Positions 49,004 to 60,751 of a stretch of 64,000 nucleotides of DNA are shown here, one piece after another (position 1 is the first letter of the stretch; each line of letters starts with the position of its first letter). The stretch is from Trichodelitschia bisporula (Eukaryota): positions 62,001 through 126,000 of the forward strand of contig ML996689.1 of assembly GCA_010356995.1 (NCBI GenBank), given 5' to 3'. The translations under genes and the position numbers were made by a program. The notes under the pieces were generated by a model that was given only the letters and a program-made list of their open reading frames with translations, ran no database searches and was not told the DNA's origin.

Positions 49004-49970
49004 GATGACTGGCGATAGAAAATTCCCACGTCGTTGAAGGTTTCCAGAAACGCACGCTCAGGACCAGCGCCCGGGATAATACAGACAAATATATCGCTCC
49101 GCCGGGATAGCCCTCGGCGCACCTTCGGCCGCTCTAAGTGTCCTCCCCCGCCCACACGTTACACCCACCAGCGACAGCGCAGCAGCGGCGCGTCGTATAG
49201 TTCTAGCGCAGCGCAGCAAGCCAGCAAAAACTAGCCTCCGTCCGCGCAGGTCTCGCCATCTCGTCCCCTCCCCGGCCTGGGATCGGGGTTTTGAATTCCG
49301 GGAAAGACCGCGGTCCGGGCCTGATGCGGGCGGCATATTTCCACCTATCCACCGAGGGAGTTTTGGACATGGTCGTGCCTGGTTCATCGCGTGCGCGGAC
49401 CCCGCACTCGTTGGTGGCTCGCTAATGCGCGCGCATGGCGAGGCTGGGACCCCGCATGTAACGCTGGGGTGACGGCGCTAGGGCGCCACAATGGCACCTT
49501 GATTTGACGTCCCCACTTGGCTGCTGCAACGGCCTCGAGGACCGCGCCGTTGTAACTCTGGGGAAGCGTGCGCGTGGGGAAGAGGCGGGAACATAGCAGG
49601 TAGCGGCGGGAATGTGGGAAATCTGGGGTGCGGCATGAGTCTTGCTAACGGTGGGGAGGGGGAAATCCCGTTGAAAGGACTTGTTGCCGGGGTACGGCTG
49701 GGAAGGGTTGATTGCAATATCGCGGACGATCTAGAGAATTTTGGACGTGCCTGGTTGCGGACGGTGCTGGTTTGGCACTGACGGCGGAAAAGTATGCCCA
49801 TCGTGGTTCTGGTTTGGGTAATTGTGAGGGTAATTAGCGTTGGCTAACTAGCTGAGTAGTGTACGGAGGCCTCCGAGAGCTCAGAGCTGTCATAGCGGAC
49901 CTGGAATATTCGGATATATTAACATACCGGTACCCAGCATGACGACTTCAAGCCTTCAACCATCACCACA

Positions 49971-52373
49971 ATGCGGCTCATCCAACTCACCACGCTGGCC
50001 GCCACGGCGGTCAGCACCGTCCACGCCGTCGCCCTCCCCTCCGACGCCAGCACCCCGCTCTACAAGCAAGCAAGCGCTCCCGTCGAGTCCCGCGTCGCCG
50101 ACCTCCTCAGCCGCATGACCCTCGCCGACAAAACCGCTCAACTCATCCAAGGCGACATCGAAAACTGGCTCAACGTCACCTCCGGCGCGTTCAACGCCTC
50201 CGGTCTCGCAGACTCCATGTCCCTCAAGGCGAGCCAGTTCTACGTCGGCAAGGCCGTGCCGCAGTCCTGGATCGCTGAGAACGTGCAACGCGCTCAGGAG
50301 TACCTGGTGCATAACACGACGCTTGGTATCCCGGCGTATGTGCAGTCCGAGGCGATCCACGGCTTCCTCGTCGTCAACGCCACCATCTTCAACTCCCCCA
50401 TCGCCTACGCCTGCGCCTGGAACCCGGCCCTCGTCGAGAAAATGGCCGGCATCATCGCGCGCGAGGCCCGCGCCCTCGGCGTGAACCAGCTCTTCGCCCC
50501 GCTCGCTGATCTCGCCCGCGAATTGCGCTACGGCCGCGTCGAGGAGACCTACGGCGAGGACCCGCATTTGACGGGCGAGATCGCGTACAGCTACGTCGTG
50601 GGCCTGCAGGCGGGAAATGTGTCCGCGATGGTGAAGCACTTCGCCGGGTTTTCAGCGCCGGAGCAGGGGCTGAATACGGGGCCGGTGCATGGGGGGGAGA
50701 GGGAGCTGCGCACGACGTGGTTGCCACCGTTTAAGAGGGCGATTATTGATGCCGGGGCGTACAGTGTCATGTCTGCGTACCATTCGTACGATGGGATTCC
50801 GGCGATTGCGGATTATCACACGCTCACTGAGGTAAGTCCCCCCTAACCCCACCCCGTCGCAAGGGAGTGAAGCTAACGACCCCAGATCCTCCGCAACGAA
50901 TGGGGCTATAAATACTTCGTCGTCTCCGACGCCGGCGCAACCGACCGCCTCTGCGCCGCCTTCCACATGTGCCGCGCGAAGCCCATCGATTCCGCCGCGG
51001 TGACCATGTACGCGCTCCCCGCGGGAAACGACGTCGAAATGGGCGGCGGCAGCTTCAACTTCAAAACCATCCCTGACCTCGTGGGGAACGGCACGCTCGA
51101 CTTGTCCATCGTCGACGAAGCCGTTCGCCGCGTGCTCCGCGCTAAGTTTGCGCAGGGATTGTTCGAGGAGCCGTATACGGGTGTTTCGGCGAAGGAGGCG
51201 GAGAAATTGATCAATGCGGATGATGCGGTGCAGCTGGCACGCCAGCTGGATGCGGAGTCGATTGTCCTGCTTGAGAACCGGAATAACACCCTCCCCCTCC
51301 GCCGCGACGCGAACATCGCCCTGATCGGCCCCATGGCCTCCGGGCCCATGAACTACGGCGACTACGTCGTGTCGGGCAGCATGCTCCGCGGCGTCACGCC
51401 CCTCGCCGGCATCACCGCCGCATCCAAAGGCCACGTAACCTACACGCAGGGCTGCGATCGCTGGTCCACCTCAACCGCCTCGATCCCGGCTGCCGTTGCG
51501 GCGGCTAAGGCCGCTGACGTCGCCGTTGTGATCGTGGGCACCTGGAGCCGGGACCAGAACGAGCTATGGTCGGGCCTGAACGCAACGAGCGGCGAACACG
51601 TCGACGTTCAATCGTTGAAGCTGTTCGGCGCGATGGGGCCGCTCGTGCGCGCTGTGCTCGATGTCGGGAAACCAACTGTGGTCGTGTTTAGCTCTGGCAA
51701 GCCGGTCGCAGAGCCTGAGATCGCGGCCCGCGCATCGGCGCTTGTGCAGCAGTTTTATCCGGGGGAGCAGGGCGGGCACGCATTGGCCGATGTGCTATTC
51801 GGGGATGTGAATCCAAGCGGCAGACTGAGTGTCAGCGTGCCGCAGGACATTGGCGCTGGCCCTGTGTTCTATGACTATTTGAACAGTGGCCGCGCGGCGG
51901 GGGGGACGGTGCCGGATGTTGGTGTTGTGGGGAATGATAGCGAGGTTGTGTTTGGGCATAGCTACGTGCTCGGGACGCCGGAGGCGATGTACGAGTTTGG
52001 GTTTGGGCGGTCGTACACGACGTTCAATTACAGCGGTGTGCGGCTTGATAGAACGACGGCTGGGGCGGGGGATACGGTAAGTGTGAGTGTGGATGTGCGG
52101 AACACCGGGGACAGGGATGGGATGGAGGTTGTGCAGGTTTATGTCAAGGATGTGATTGCGAGCGTTGCGGTGCCAAATATTGCGCTGAGGGGTTTCAAGA
52201 AGGTGGCGATTGGGAAGGGGGAGAGTGTGAGGGTGGAGATTCCGATTAAGGTTGCGGATCTTGGGGTTTGGAATGTGAGGATGAAGTATGTGGTTGAGCC
52301 GGGAGAGTTTGTGGTGTTTGTGGGGGCGAGTAGTCGGGATTTGAGGGGGAATGCGACGCTGGTTGTTCGGTAG
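49971..52373 (+). CDS. Secreted GH3 glycosidase, closest in my recall to the isoprimeverose-producing enzyme IpeA
   Basis: Signal peptide, LLSRMTLADK, LIQGD, FYVG, KHF, nucleophile SDAGA, GTWSRDQNELWSGLNATSGEHVD and an FnIII-like C-terminus (WNVRMKYVVEPG). Intron at about 50832-50886. Confidence 0.9.
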
Positions 52374-54000
52374 GTGGTGGCGTTGGACGATGGTCTTGTA
52401 TATAGGAAGCGCTGCTGGGACTCGCGATGGATAAAAGTACCACAGAACTGATAATGAGAAGCGTGGATGGAGATCGTCTTGATCTGAGATATACAATTGG
52501 TACCTGAGCGAGAACCCGCAGTCAGTGACAAGTCTGAGCCGAGATCATTGAAGTCGCAGCGAGGTGTCAAGATTGGTACTTTGGTATTCTGTACGACTAG
52601 CTACCTAACGGCCTATGAGCCGTTGGACTGGACGCAGTACCTGCTCGCCACGGCTTCTGGGCCTCGTGGCTCATGCTGTGTAGCCGACTGACTTTCCAGT
52701 CATGGCGAAGTTTATTGCGGGAATCCCATACATCGTCCACAAAGAAGAAAGTCGAGTCAGCCCCATTTCCTTTGGCGCTAATGATGAATCATCTCGTTCT
52801 GGATATGGACACCGGTGCCCATGGAAACCATATGATGCTAAGTAATGTCAGTGTGGTATCCTAGACGTTCAGTTCAAGTTCTCTTACTGTGCCCACATCG
52901 TCGCATCGAAGCCACTTGAGACCATAATCAAAAGCATTCAAGCCCCCAACGTTCCAGCCAAGTTTTACCTCAAGATGCGGCTGAGCACGTTTGCTAGGTA
53001 GGTAGCGGACAAATCTTGATGTCAGAGTGCGAATTTTCGTAGTACACGCAATGATACTGCCCTACGCACCGCAGTCAGTCGCCTACTGGCTCAGAGACCT
53101 AATCTCCTATCACAGCAACAGCTTCTGGTCCACGGATCTCGGATAACCGAGCCATTGCAGAATCGGACCTGGATGCTTTATGAGAATAGCACATACTGGA
53201 AAGAGGAGTCATGCGAAAGTGAGAGTCTGGACCAGGCCGCGAGAGCAATAAGGCTGCGGGTTGAGTTGTCCGGTTGTGCAACTGTAGGTGCCAACTTTTC
53301 AGCTCAGCCAGGTAAAGCGAGTCGAGTGGCCGGATCAAGTCGGACGTAGAGGCTGAGCTTTTGGGCTGTAGAGTTTGAGTACGTTATCAACTAATGGATG
53401 TATGCCATACACGCCAATCCGGGGACCGACCATCTCTGCCTCGTATCACGCGCTGGAATGGTAAGAATGGTAAGAATGGCATACCAATGGGAGCATAACC
53501 ATGTTACCGGGAAAGGAGGCACCGTAGGGTGATTTAAAGTGCGCAAATCCCCAGATACCGTATGATGGGGCTCCCAACGGGCATCTCATGTCACACACCA
53601 TCGTCAGTTACCGCTGAAGGCGAAGGGCACATGTCCGGCTGCCCTTACCCTCGCCCAAAGAGTGAGGCGCGAGGCGGAAGATCAACGAAGAAGTCAGAAA
53701 AAAAAGGCGGACTGCGGGGCGTAAACGCCTAGTTAATATCTTTGGGCGCCTGCGCTTCGAGACCCGATATCCGCTGCAGCATGCAACATCGCCACATGCA
53801 ATGCATCCCTGGGGAACATCACCATCTATGCCCGTGCCATGCGTCGGCCGCACCGCCCGCAGCTGGAACCCCGGTGTCGAGACAGGAAGCGTGGTATCCG
53901 ATTCGACCTTCTATCGTGACATGCTATATGTACAGGTTCGCCCGACACTCACGCCCGACATAAACTGTCAGCACCCAGCAGCATCGTCGTCGCTAGCGGT

Positions 54001-54429
54001 CTAGTGCTTCTTGTCGGCCTCGGCCTTGGTGACGAACTCTCTGTACAGGGCGTTAGCTAGCCGAACCTTGTTACACACTTCACACACCGCCTCCCTTCCG
54101 CACCAGATGCACGTACTTTATGAAGCTCTCCTCGTCCTTGCTCGACGCCTGGATGGGCGGGCCCTGGCTCTTGGCTGAGGCGGGCGAGCGCATGGAAATG
54201 GCGGAGACGGCGAACACGGAGCTGAGCGTGGCAATGGCCAACTGTTTCTCCCGTTAGCAAGGGAGTGTTGCATTTAGGATTCAATGCGAACGATGCGCGG
54301 ACAGCGCAATTAGCGCCACGCAGGCACGCAAACGCGCGGCCGTGGGGGTGGGTAGAGGTGTTGGACGGGGCGTAAACGTACAATGTGCGAGCCGACCTGC
54401 TGGCCGAAGATCTTGTAGTAGGCAACCAT
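54001..54429 (-). CDS. ATP19: Mitochondrial ATP synthase subunit k (3 exons, missed by the ORF track)
   Basis: Spliced protein MVAYYKIFGQQVGSHI/LAIATLSSVFAVSAISMRSPASAKSQGPPIQASSKDEESFI/KEFVTKAEADKKH. Introns at 54242-54381 and 54041-54116. Confidence 0.9.
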
Positions 54430-54992
54430 TGCGTAATTTGGTCCTGAAGGAGGCGAGGTTGGAGTGAGGGTGTGGGGGGGGGTGGTTTGTTCGGGTGGAG
54501 ATGATCAATTGGTTGACAGCGACGGGTTGTGCTTTGGGTGTGACGGGTAAGGTTATGGTGGAGGTTTTTTTCGGAGCTGTTGGTGAGGAGGGCTGGCACG
54601 GCAGCGGTCGGACTCTCTCCTTCGTCGGAGCTCGGAAGAGAACCCGGTTGGATGCCTGAGCGCTACGGATGTATGCTGTGGATGCCTGATGTTGACGTCG
54701 TCACCCATCATGACCCACATCCCACCAGTTCATCACCATTATTTCTCTTGTGCCAACTCGGTTCGGCTCGACCTGCAAAACTTGCATGACTCTTGACACT
54801 ATCTTTTGGTAGCTGCATTATCGCTGATCAACTGCTCGCTCTTCTGTCCTCTTTTGTCCTCCAATCACTCTCTATCCAACACGATCTAGGCCTCCTCTCT
54901 TGTACATGATTGCACTGTACCATACTGTAGGATAAGGATACGATCGGACATAGCCAGCTCGCAGCTCGACTACACACCCTCCCACCGCCACC

Positions 54993-55954
54993 ATGCCCGC
55001 AGACAACGAATCCGACATCCCCCACATCCGCAAAGAATCGCGCCCCGACTTCTCGACTCCGCCGCCAGCGAAGCAGCTCCCCAAAGCACTGCAGGAGACG
55101 CTGGACAATGAGGAGAAAGTATGGGAAGCCATGTACGACGGCACGTAAGTCAGCCGCACACCGCCCCGCCAACCCCATTTGACACCCCTCCAGAGCCGGC
55201 GAGTCAACCGACTCCTCAGTGCGCTACGCCGGCTACGCCTCCCGCGTCCGCACCATCCTCCACTCCGCCCACCGCTACGTAGCCTACACCAGCGACATAG
55301 GCGAGTCCTTCCGCCCCGTCGCGCACCCGTACCTCGTGCGCGGCGCTTATGGTGTCTCATGGGCCTATCTGGCCGGCGACGTCGCGTACGAGGGCTACAA
55401 GGCCTACCTCCAGAACCAGCGGGTGCTGAATCCGCCAGTAGCGCAAGCGAGCTCGAACGTAGGCGTGCAGACGACGCTGGGGCCCGGCGTCGCCGGCGGG
55501 AGCATGGCGGGCCAGCAGAAGGAGCTGCAGCCGCAGCCGGGGCGTGTGGTGCCGATTGAGGACTATCGGGCCGTTATGGCGCAGCGGGCTATTTTTCAGA
55601 GTCTTGCGTCTATGGGGTTGCCGGCGTTTACGATTCATAGTGCGGTTAAGTACTCGGGGCGGGCGCTGAAGGATGCGAAGAATAAGACGTTGCGCTCGTA
55701 TGGTCCAATCGGGGTACGTTCTTTGGGAGTGTCTGCCAATCATCTGCTGACTTGCATAGCTGGGTCTGGCTATCGTGCCGTTCCTCCCCTACATCTTCGA
55801 CGAGCCCGTCGAGCACGCCGTGGAGTGGGTGTTCCACACGGGCTTCAAGGCGGTAGGCGGGCCGTCGGCCGTTGGTGACCGCCCCGTCACCGGCAGAGAC
55901 CATCTGCTGGCCAAAGAAAGCAAAGCCGGTGCCCACAAAGAGAAGGAGTTGTGA
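54993..55954 (+). CDS. MTP18: Mitochondrial fission process protein 1 (MTP18/MTFP1 family)
   Basis: VRYAGYA, RYVAYTSDIGESFRPV, YGVSWAY and FQSLASMGLPAFTIHS. Two introns at about 55146-55193 and 55714-55759. Confidence 0.9.
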
Positions 55955-56375
55955 TGATAGTCCTTGTAATACAAACATCTTCGCTCTGCTCCTTTCGTGC
56001 CTTCGGGATTGGTGTTTTGTACGCCTCTGATTTTTTCTTTGTGCTGGCGGTTTTTCGGATGCCTGCCGGCGATGTCGAGGCCAGTCGTGGACGTGCAGCT
56101 GCGGGGCGTAAGTACCGCATGGCCCGTTTCTCTTTGTACCCGGCTAATAAAAAAATGCCAGGAGTGTTTGAGGACGAGGCATAATCGTACGAACGGGGAG
56201 GAAAACTCACATCCTCAACAATGGGTGAACATCGTGGCGCCGGTCACAATGTCGCGAGTAGCCATGTCGCCAGCACACAGTCCCCCATATAAACCACACT
56301 CTCACACGTACAATTCCTCGCCATCACCAGCTTCAACAGCACAGTCCGCTCTACAGCCTCGTCTTCTGCATAGCA

Positions 56376-57785
56376 ATGCCGTCCACTTCTACAGCAAAGT
56401 CTCCCGTTACTGAACACCGCATCCCCCTTTCCCCCATCGACGAAACCATAATCCGGAACTACACCCGCACAGTAACCCTCTTCCCCTTCAGCAATCAATA
56501 CCTCCGCTCCCACGCCGCCGAAAGAATCGAATCCGCCTTCCAGGCAACCCTCACCCACTACCCGTATCTCGCCGGCACCGTCCAGCGCCAATCGCCCCCG
56601 GGCAATCCTCAGCGCCGCTCCATCCACTACACCCTCCCCCCCCCCACCGTCCGCGATCTCGACCTTTTCAGGGTCGTCGACCTCTCCTCCACCTACCCCC
56701 ACACCTACCCCTCCCTCCGCGCCGCCGGTTTCCCATCCTCCGCCTTCCCACCCTCAACCTTCCACTTCTTCCCCGAAGCACCAGATCCCTCCTCCCCCGC
56801 CCCAATCCTCGGCCTCCAGGTTAGTTTCTTCACCGACGGTCTCGCGCTCGCCTTCTACTCGCACCACTCCGTCCTCGACGGCACAGGCCGAACCACATTC
56901 CTCTCCCGCCTCGCCGCGAACCTGCGCTCTGGCCGCACCGACGACCCCGCAACCGGCCCCCCCGCCGTCGCCGCGTTCCCGACCCCAACCATCCCGGCTC
57001 CGAGCGCGTTGCCGGAATTCCGCATCGCCTCCCCGGGGGAGCCATTTCCGGCCAGTTGGATATCCCACCCCTCCCCCCCACCAAGCCGAATCCTAACTTT
57101 TGCCCCCGCGACCGTAACCGCGCTCAAGAAATCCCTAAACGCACACTCGACCTTCGACGCGCTCACGGCGCTGATATGCGTGTCCATGAGCCGCGCGCGG
57201 TACGCGGCGTTCCGCGCTGCTAATCCCGGGTCCGCGGAGGAGGGCAAGGCCGATGTCCGGCCGCGCTTCGGTCTCGTGCTCGACGTGCGGGGCCGGGCGG
57301 ACCCGCCGCTTCCGAAAGGATACATCGGAAACGCGGCGCTGTATACATTCGCCACCGGTCCGACGTTCGACTCCATGATGTCGGACGCTGCGTCAGCGCG
57401 GGCGGCGGTAGCAAAGGCGATACGGGGTGCTATCGAGGAGGTAGACGGTCCCTGGGTCTCCTCCCGCCTTGCCTTCCTCGCCGCCGCGGTAGCGCGAGGC
57501 GAAGCCGAGCACGTAGGGTGCGGACTCGACTGCGCTGGGACGGACATCATGGTCACATCCTGGGCGGGTTTCAGCGGGGGCGAAGAATGGAGCATTCCGG
57601 GTGCGGGAAGCGTGGGTGCTGTTCGGAAGCCGTGGGGCCCGGTGGACGGGGGAGTGATTTTCCTGCCGCGGGTACCGGGGGGAGGGGTGGAGGTTATGGT
57701 GGGTTTGAGGGAGGGGGTTATGCGGGAGTTTNNNNNNNNNNNNNNNNNNNNNNNNNNNNNNNNNNNNNNNNNNNNNAGGGGTTGA
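56376..57785 (+). CDS. BAHD/Tri101-like CoA-dependent acyltransferase; 3' end hidden by the assembly gap
   Basis: LSPID, YPYLAG, HxxxD motif HHSVLDG, STFDALTAL, LDVRGR..PLPKGYIGNA and VTSW. The true stop is uncertain. Confidence 0.8.
   Translation: MPSTSTAKSPVTEHRIPLSPIDETIIRNYTRTVTLFPFSNQYLRSHAAERIESAFQATLTHYPYLAGTVQRQSPPGNPQRRSIHYTLPPPTVRDLDLFRVVDLSSTYPHTYPSLRAAGFPSSAFPPSTFHFFPEAPDPSSPAPILGLQVSFFTDGLALAFYSHHSVLDGTGRTTFLSRLAANLRSGRTDDPATGPPAVAAFPTPTIPAPSALPEFRIASPGEPFPASWISHPSPPPSRILTFAPATVTALKKSLNAHSTFDALTALICVSMSRARYAAFRAANPGSAEEGKADVRPRFGLVLDVRGRADPPLPKGYIGNAALYTFATGPTFDSMMSDAASARAAVAKAIRGAIEEVDGPWVSSRLAFLAAAVARGEAEHVGCGLDCAGTDIMVTSWAGFSGGEEWSIPGAGSVGAVRKPWGPVDGGVIFLPRVPGGGVEVMVGLREGVMREFXXXXXXXXXXXXXXXRG
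57732..57776. other. Assembly gap (45 N)
   Basis: Run of n characters. Confidence 1.
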
Positions 57786-58749
57786 ACGGATGGAAGAGAG
57801 GGGGCAGGAGCTGGGGAGGGCTGGGAGGAAGAGGAGGTGGAGTGAGGTGAGTAATATGGGCGGACTCTTGTGCTACTATTGTATCATCTCCTTGTACCAT
57901 TGTGTAAGGCTGTAGGTTTGTACTAATGAATTGGCTTTTTTGCGCAGCGGCCGTGTGGGCATCGCGGCTGGCTGCGGGAGTGGGGTGTGGACTGAGGCCG
58001 TTGCATCGCGGAGCATGGGAGGGGCTATTGGCCGCAGGGTCAAGACTCAGCCTTGCGGAGACAAAAATCATCGCCACGCACGAATCTCACGGCAAGCACG
58101 GCAAAGCACGCCGACCGGTCAAGAATGCCATCGCAGTGAGTGGGGTGCTTCATTGCTAACATGCAAGCGATCGCATTATATATGATCCTCATCGTCCTCG
58201 GCCACAATTCCTCGCCTTAAGTGCTGTTACTCGGACTTCTTGTTCTTGTTCTTCTTCTCGCTCGCTGCGGCTTCCGAGGCGGGAATGTTTTCAATACGCA
58301 CAAAGTGCTTGACATTATTACTGACAAAGTCACTAGCACCTCAATCCATCGGGATCTGAAACTGACCGGATAGCCTAGCGAACCTTGCTTGCCAGTACGA
58401 ACAGGCGCTTCCGGCTGCAGTCGTAGGCCCAGGTTCCGTCGAAGCGGGGCCACCGAGCAACTTGACCGCGAATCCTCCGATATAGGCGTGTTCAACGCCC
58501 TGGTCCTGGAGAATCGAAGAGACTGCCTCGATGGTGTGGTTTTATCTCCGGGCACTCCATCAGGTCCAGGGTATTGTCGGGCCAGGCTGCCTCTAGAGCG
58601 TCACCTCCAATCGCCCGGCAGGCCGCCAGAGAATCGTGCCCACCGTTCATAAGATTCATGCGGCACATCACTGCATGGTAGGCGTTGGTTTTGACGAGAC
58701 TCTTGACGGTCTCGGAGACTCGAAGGTTGCGCTACGCAATTTGCTTGCC

Positions 58750-59270
58750 AGTCGACTTTCCAATGCTCGGGGCGCGAAGGCAGAGAGTGGTGGGTGGAGC
58801 TTCATGTTTGATATTGTAAAGACGGGATGAAGAGTGGAGCCTAGGAAAGGGCCTCGTCGTCAGCAACCCTTTATCATACCGCTTCAAGACTTACATCTTG
58901 CGAAGGATGATCTCCCCATAAACTGGCATGGTCAGCTTTCCAGCAGTTGGGGCGCGAAGGCAGAGAATGGTGTATTGGCGTTTCATCTTCCGTCTTTTCG
59001 TAAGACGGTACCCGTATCTGAGGCTGAGAAAGGGCCTCGTCATCAGCAACCCTTTAGAATATCGCTTCAAGACTTACACCTTGCGAAGAAGGATCTCCTC
59101 ATGAACCGGCATGGTCGACTTTCCAACACTCGGGGCGCGAAGGCAGATAACGGCGGGCTGTCGGTTCATCTTCCGTCTTTTTGTGAAGACGGGACGATGA
59201 GTTGAGCCTGGGAAAAGGCCTCGTAGTTAGCAGCCCATCAGCATATCGCTTCAAGACGTATATTTTGCAG
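58750..59270 (-). repeat. Three tandem units of about 180-184 bp, each an exon-like block plus a 54-nt intron, within a decayed gene
   Basis: GGGGCGCGAAGGCAGA recurs at 58769, 58949 and 59132. Homologous 54-nt introns lie at 58841-58894, 59024-59077 and 59208-59261. Confidence 0.85.
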
Positions 59271-60329
59271 AAGATTCTGTCCAGTTGAAACCGGCAATGT
59301 TCTCGACAAACCAAGTCTGAGTCGCAGACGACATCTTGTGGAGAAGGGTGTCGAAGATGGTTCAGGTATTGGAAGGCACCGGCGTCCGGTATGTTTCGGC
59401 GTATGTGTCACAGGCATATCGGATTCGCGGTCACTGTCGGTGCCGCTCTCTTTGCCTGCCTCCTCAGTGGTTGTGCGGGCAGTAGGTGACATGGTCTCAT
59501 GATCTGTCTGCTCTGGGCTTCGGCCTCAAGCTCAGTTTCAGCCCCCTCATCCTCATCAGGAGTGTCGGGACGCAACGTCTCGTCGCGGGTCGGTGAGTCA
59601 TCCGCCATAGCAGCGTCTGACATCGGATCTGACGCACAGCAGTCAATATATGGTTTCCTCGCGCAATGTGCGTAGGGCCATTCACCTACTGATGGGTAAG
59701 GTGTTTGCTCTGAGCAGTTGCTCTCGGCGATGTGATAATGGTCAAAATATTCTGCTTCTGAGCAGGTGCTCTCGGCAGGAGGCGACAATGGTCGGGTCTG
59801 CATGGCAGTTAGCTGCGGCTCTGCTCATGCATGGCATGTAGTCGGAGCTTCTCACGAATGGGCGAGTGCAGCGAGAGATGATTGAATGCTCCGAAGAGTT
59901 TAGAATTCTCGCTGTAACCCTGAGAGATGAAGGGGATAGCAGTATTATGTCCCAGACGTTGCCCGTGACAGTATACCTCACAGAGGTGCTTCTCTAGAAG
60001 ATGCGGAGCAAACAGCAGTCCTGGTGCAGACAAAAGCAGACAATCGAGAGATGAATGAGAGGAAAGCGTTGCAAAGGCTCTATAAGTTCCATCTTGACGA
60101 GCGATGAAAAGATTGATGAATCGGTATTGAGAGATGAAGTGGGAAGCCTTTGAGTTGATGGTGCTGTGGTATGGAAGCTGATGGAGGCGTCGGCTTGACG
60201 GTTTGAGTTTCCGTGGTGGGAAGTGATGAATTGTTGAAAGATGATTGATGATTGGAGAGATGAACGAGAGAAGAAGAGTCAGAGACGCTCGAGACTTAAA
60301 TACACCGTTGGTGCCAAGTATCGTCCCAA

Positions 60330-60453
60330 GCTCCTTCCTCCCATCATGCGCACATTACATCATGTTCCTTCCTAAGAGTGACATGTTCCTTCCCAAGCAA
60401 TGTGCTCCTTCCTCCCGTCATGAGCACATTACATCATGTTCCTTCCCAAGAGT
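60330..60453. repeat. 50-bp imperfect direct repeat (two copies, 74-bp period)
   Basis: GCTCCTTCCTCCCRTCATGMGCACATTACATCATGTTCCTTCCYAAGAGT at 60330-60379 and 60404-60453, with a partial copy between them. Confidence 0.9.
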
Positions 60454-60751
60454 AGCATGCTTGCCTGAGGTGTGTCTACACCAGATTCAAAGAGTCAATG
60501 GGGTGGCAGTCGGTGCCCAACAATGTCACCACATTTCCTGCTAAGCCATAAAGCAAGAAGGGGAGCTTCGTAATATGTAGTTACAGACGCTCACGATGCA
60601 GAGACGTGGCCAAAAAAGTCGTAGTCAAGCCCTGTCCAACATGAGAATGAAGCATGTCATAAGAAAGGCCATTGCCACTGCTGTAGGACGCCTCATCCAC
60701 CCGCCATCAAACCAACGCGCAGCGTCTCCATCACCAAACCCAAGGCCAACC

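Noticed and set aside
56376..57850. Secondary-metabolite cluster around the BAHD acyltransferase
   Set aside because: No PKS, NRPS, terpene synthase or P450 in the window, and the neighbours are unrelated.
58750..59270. CRISPR-like regularly spaced repeats, or a Walker-A-like RAPSVGKST in one frame
   Set aside because: The whole unit is homologous, so there are no unique spacers. The context is eukaryotic, the motif lacks the required glycines and the frame is ambiguous.
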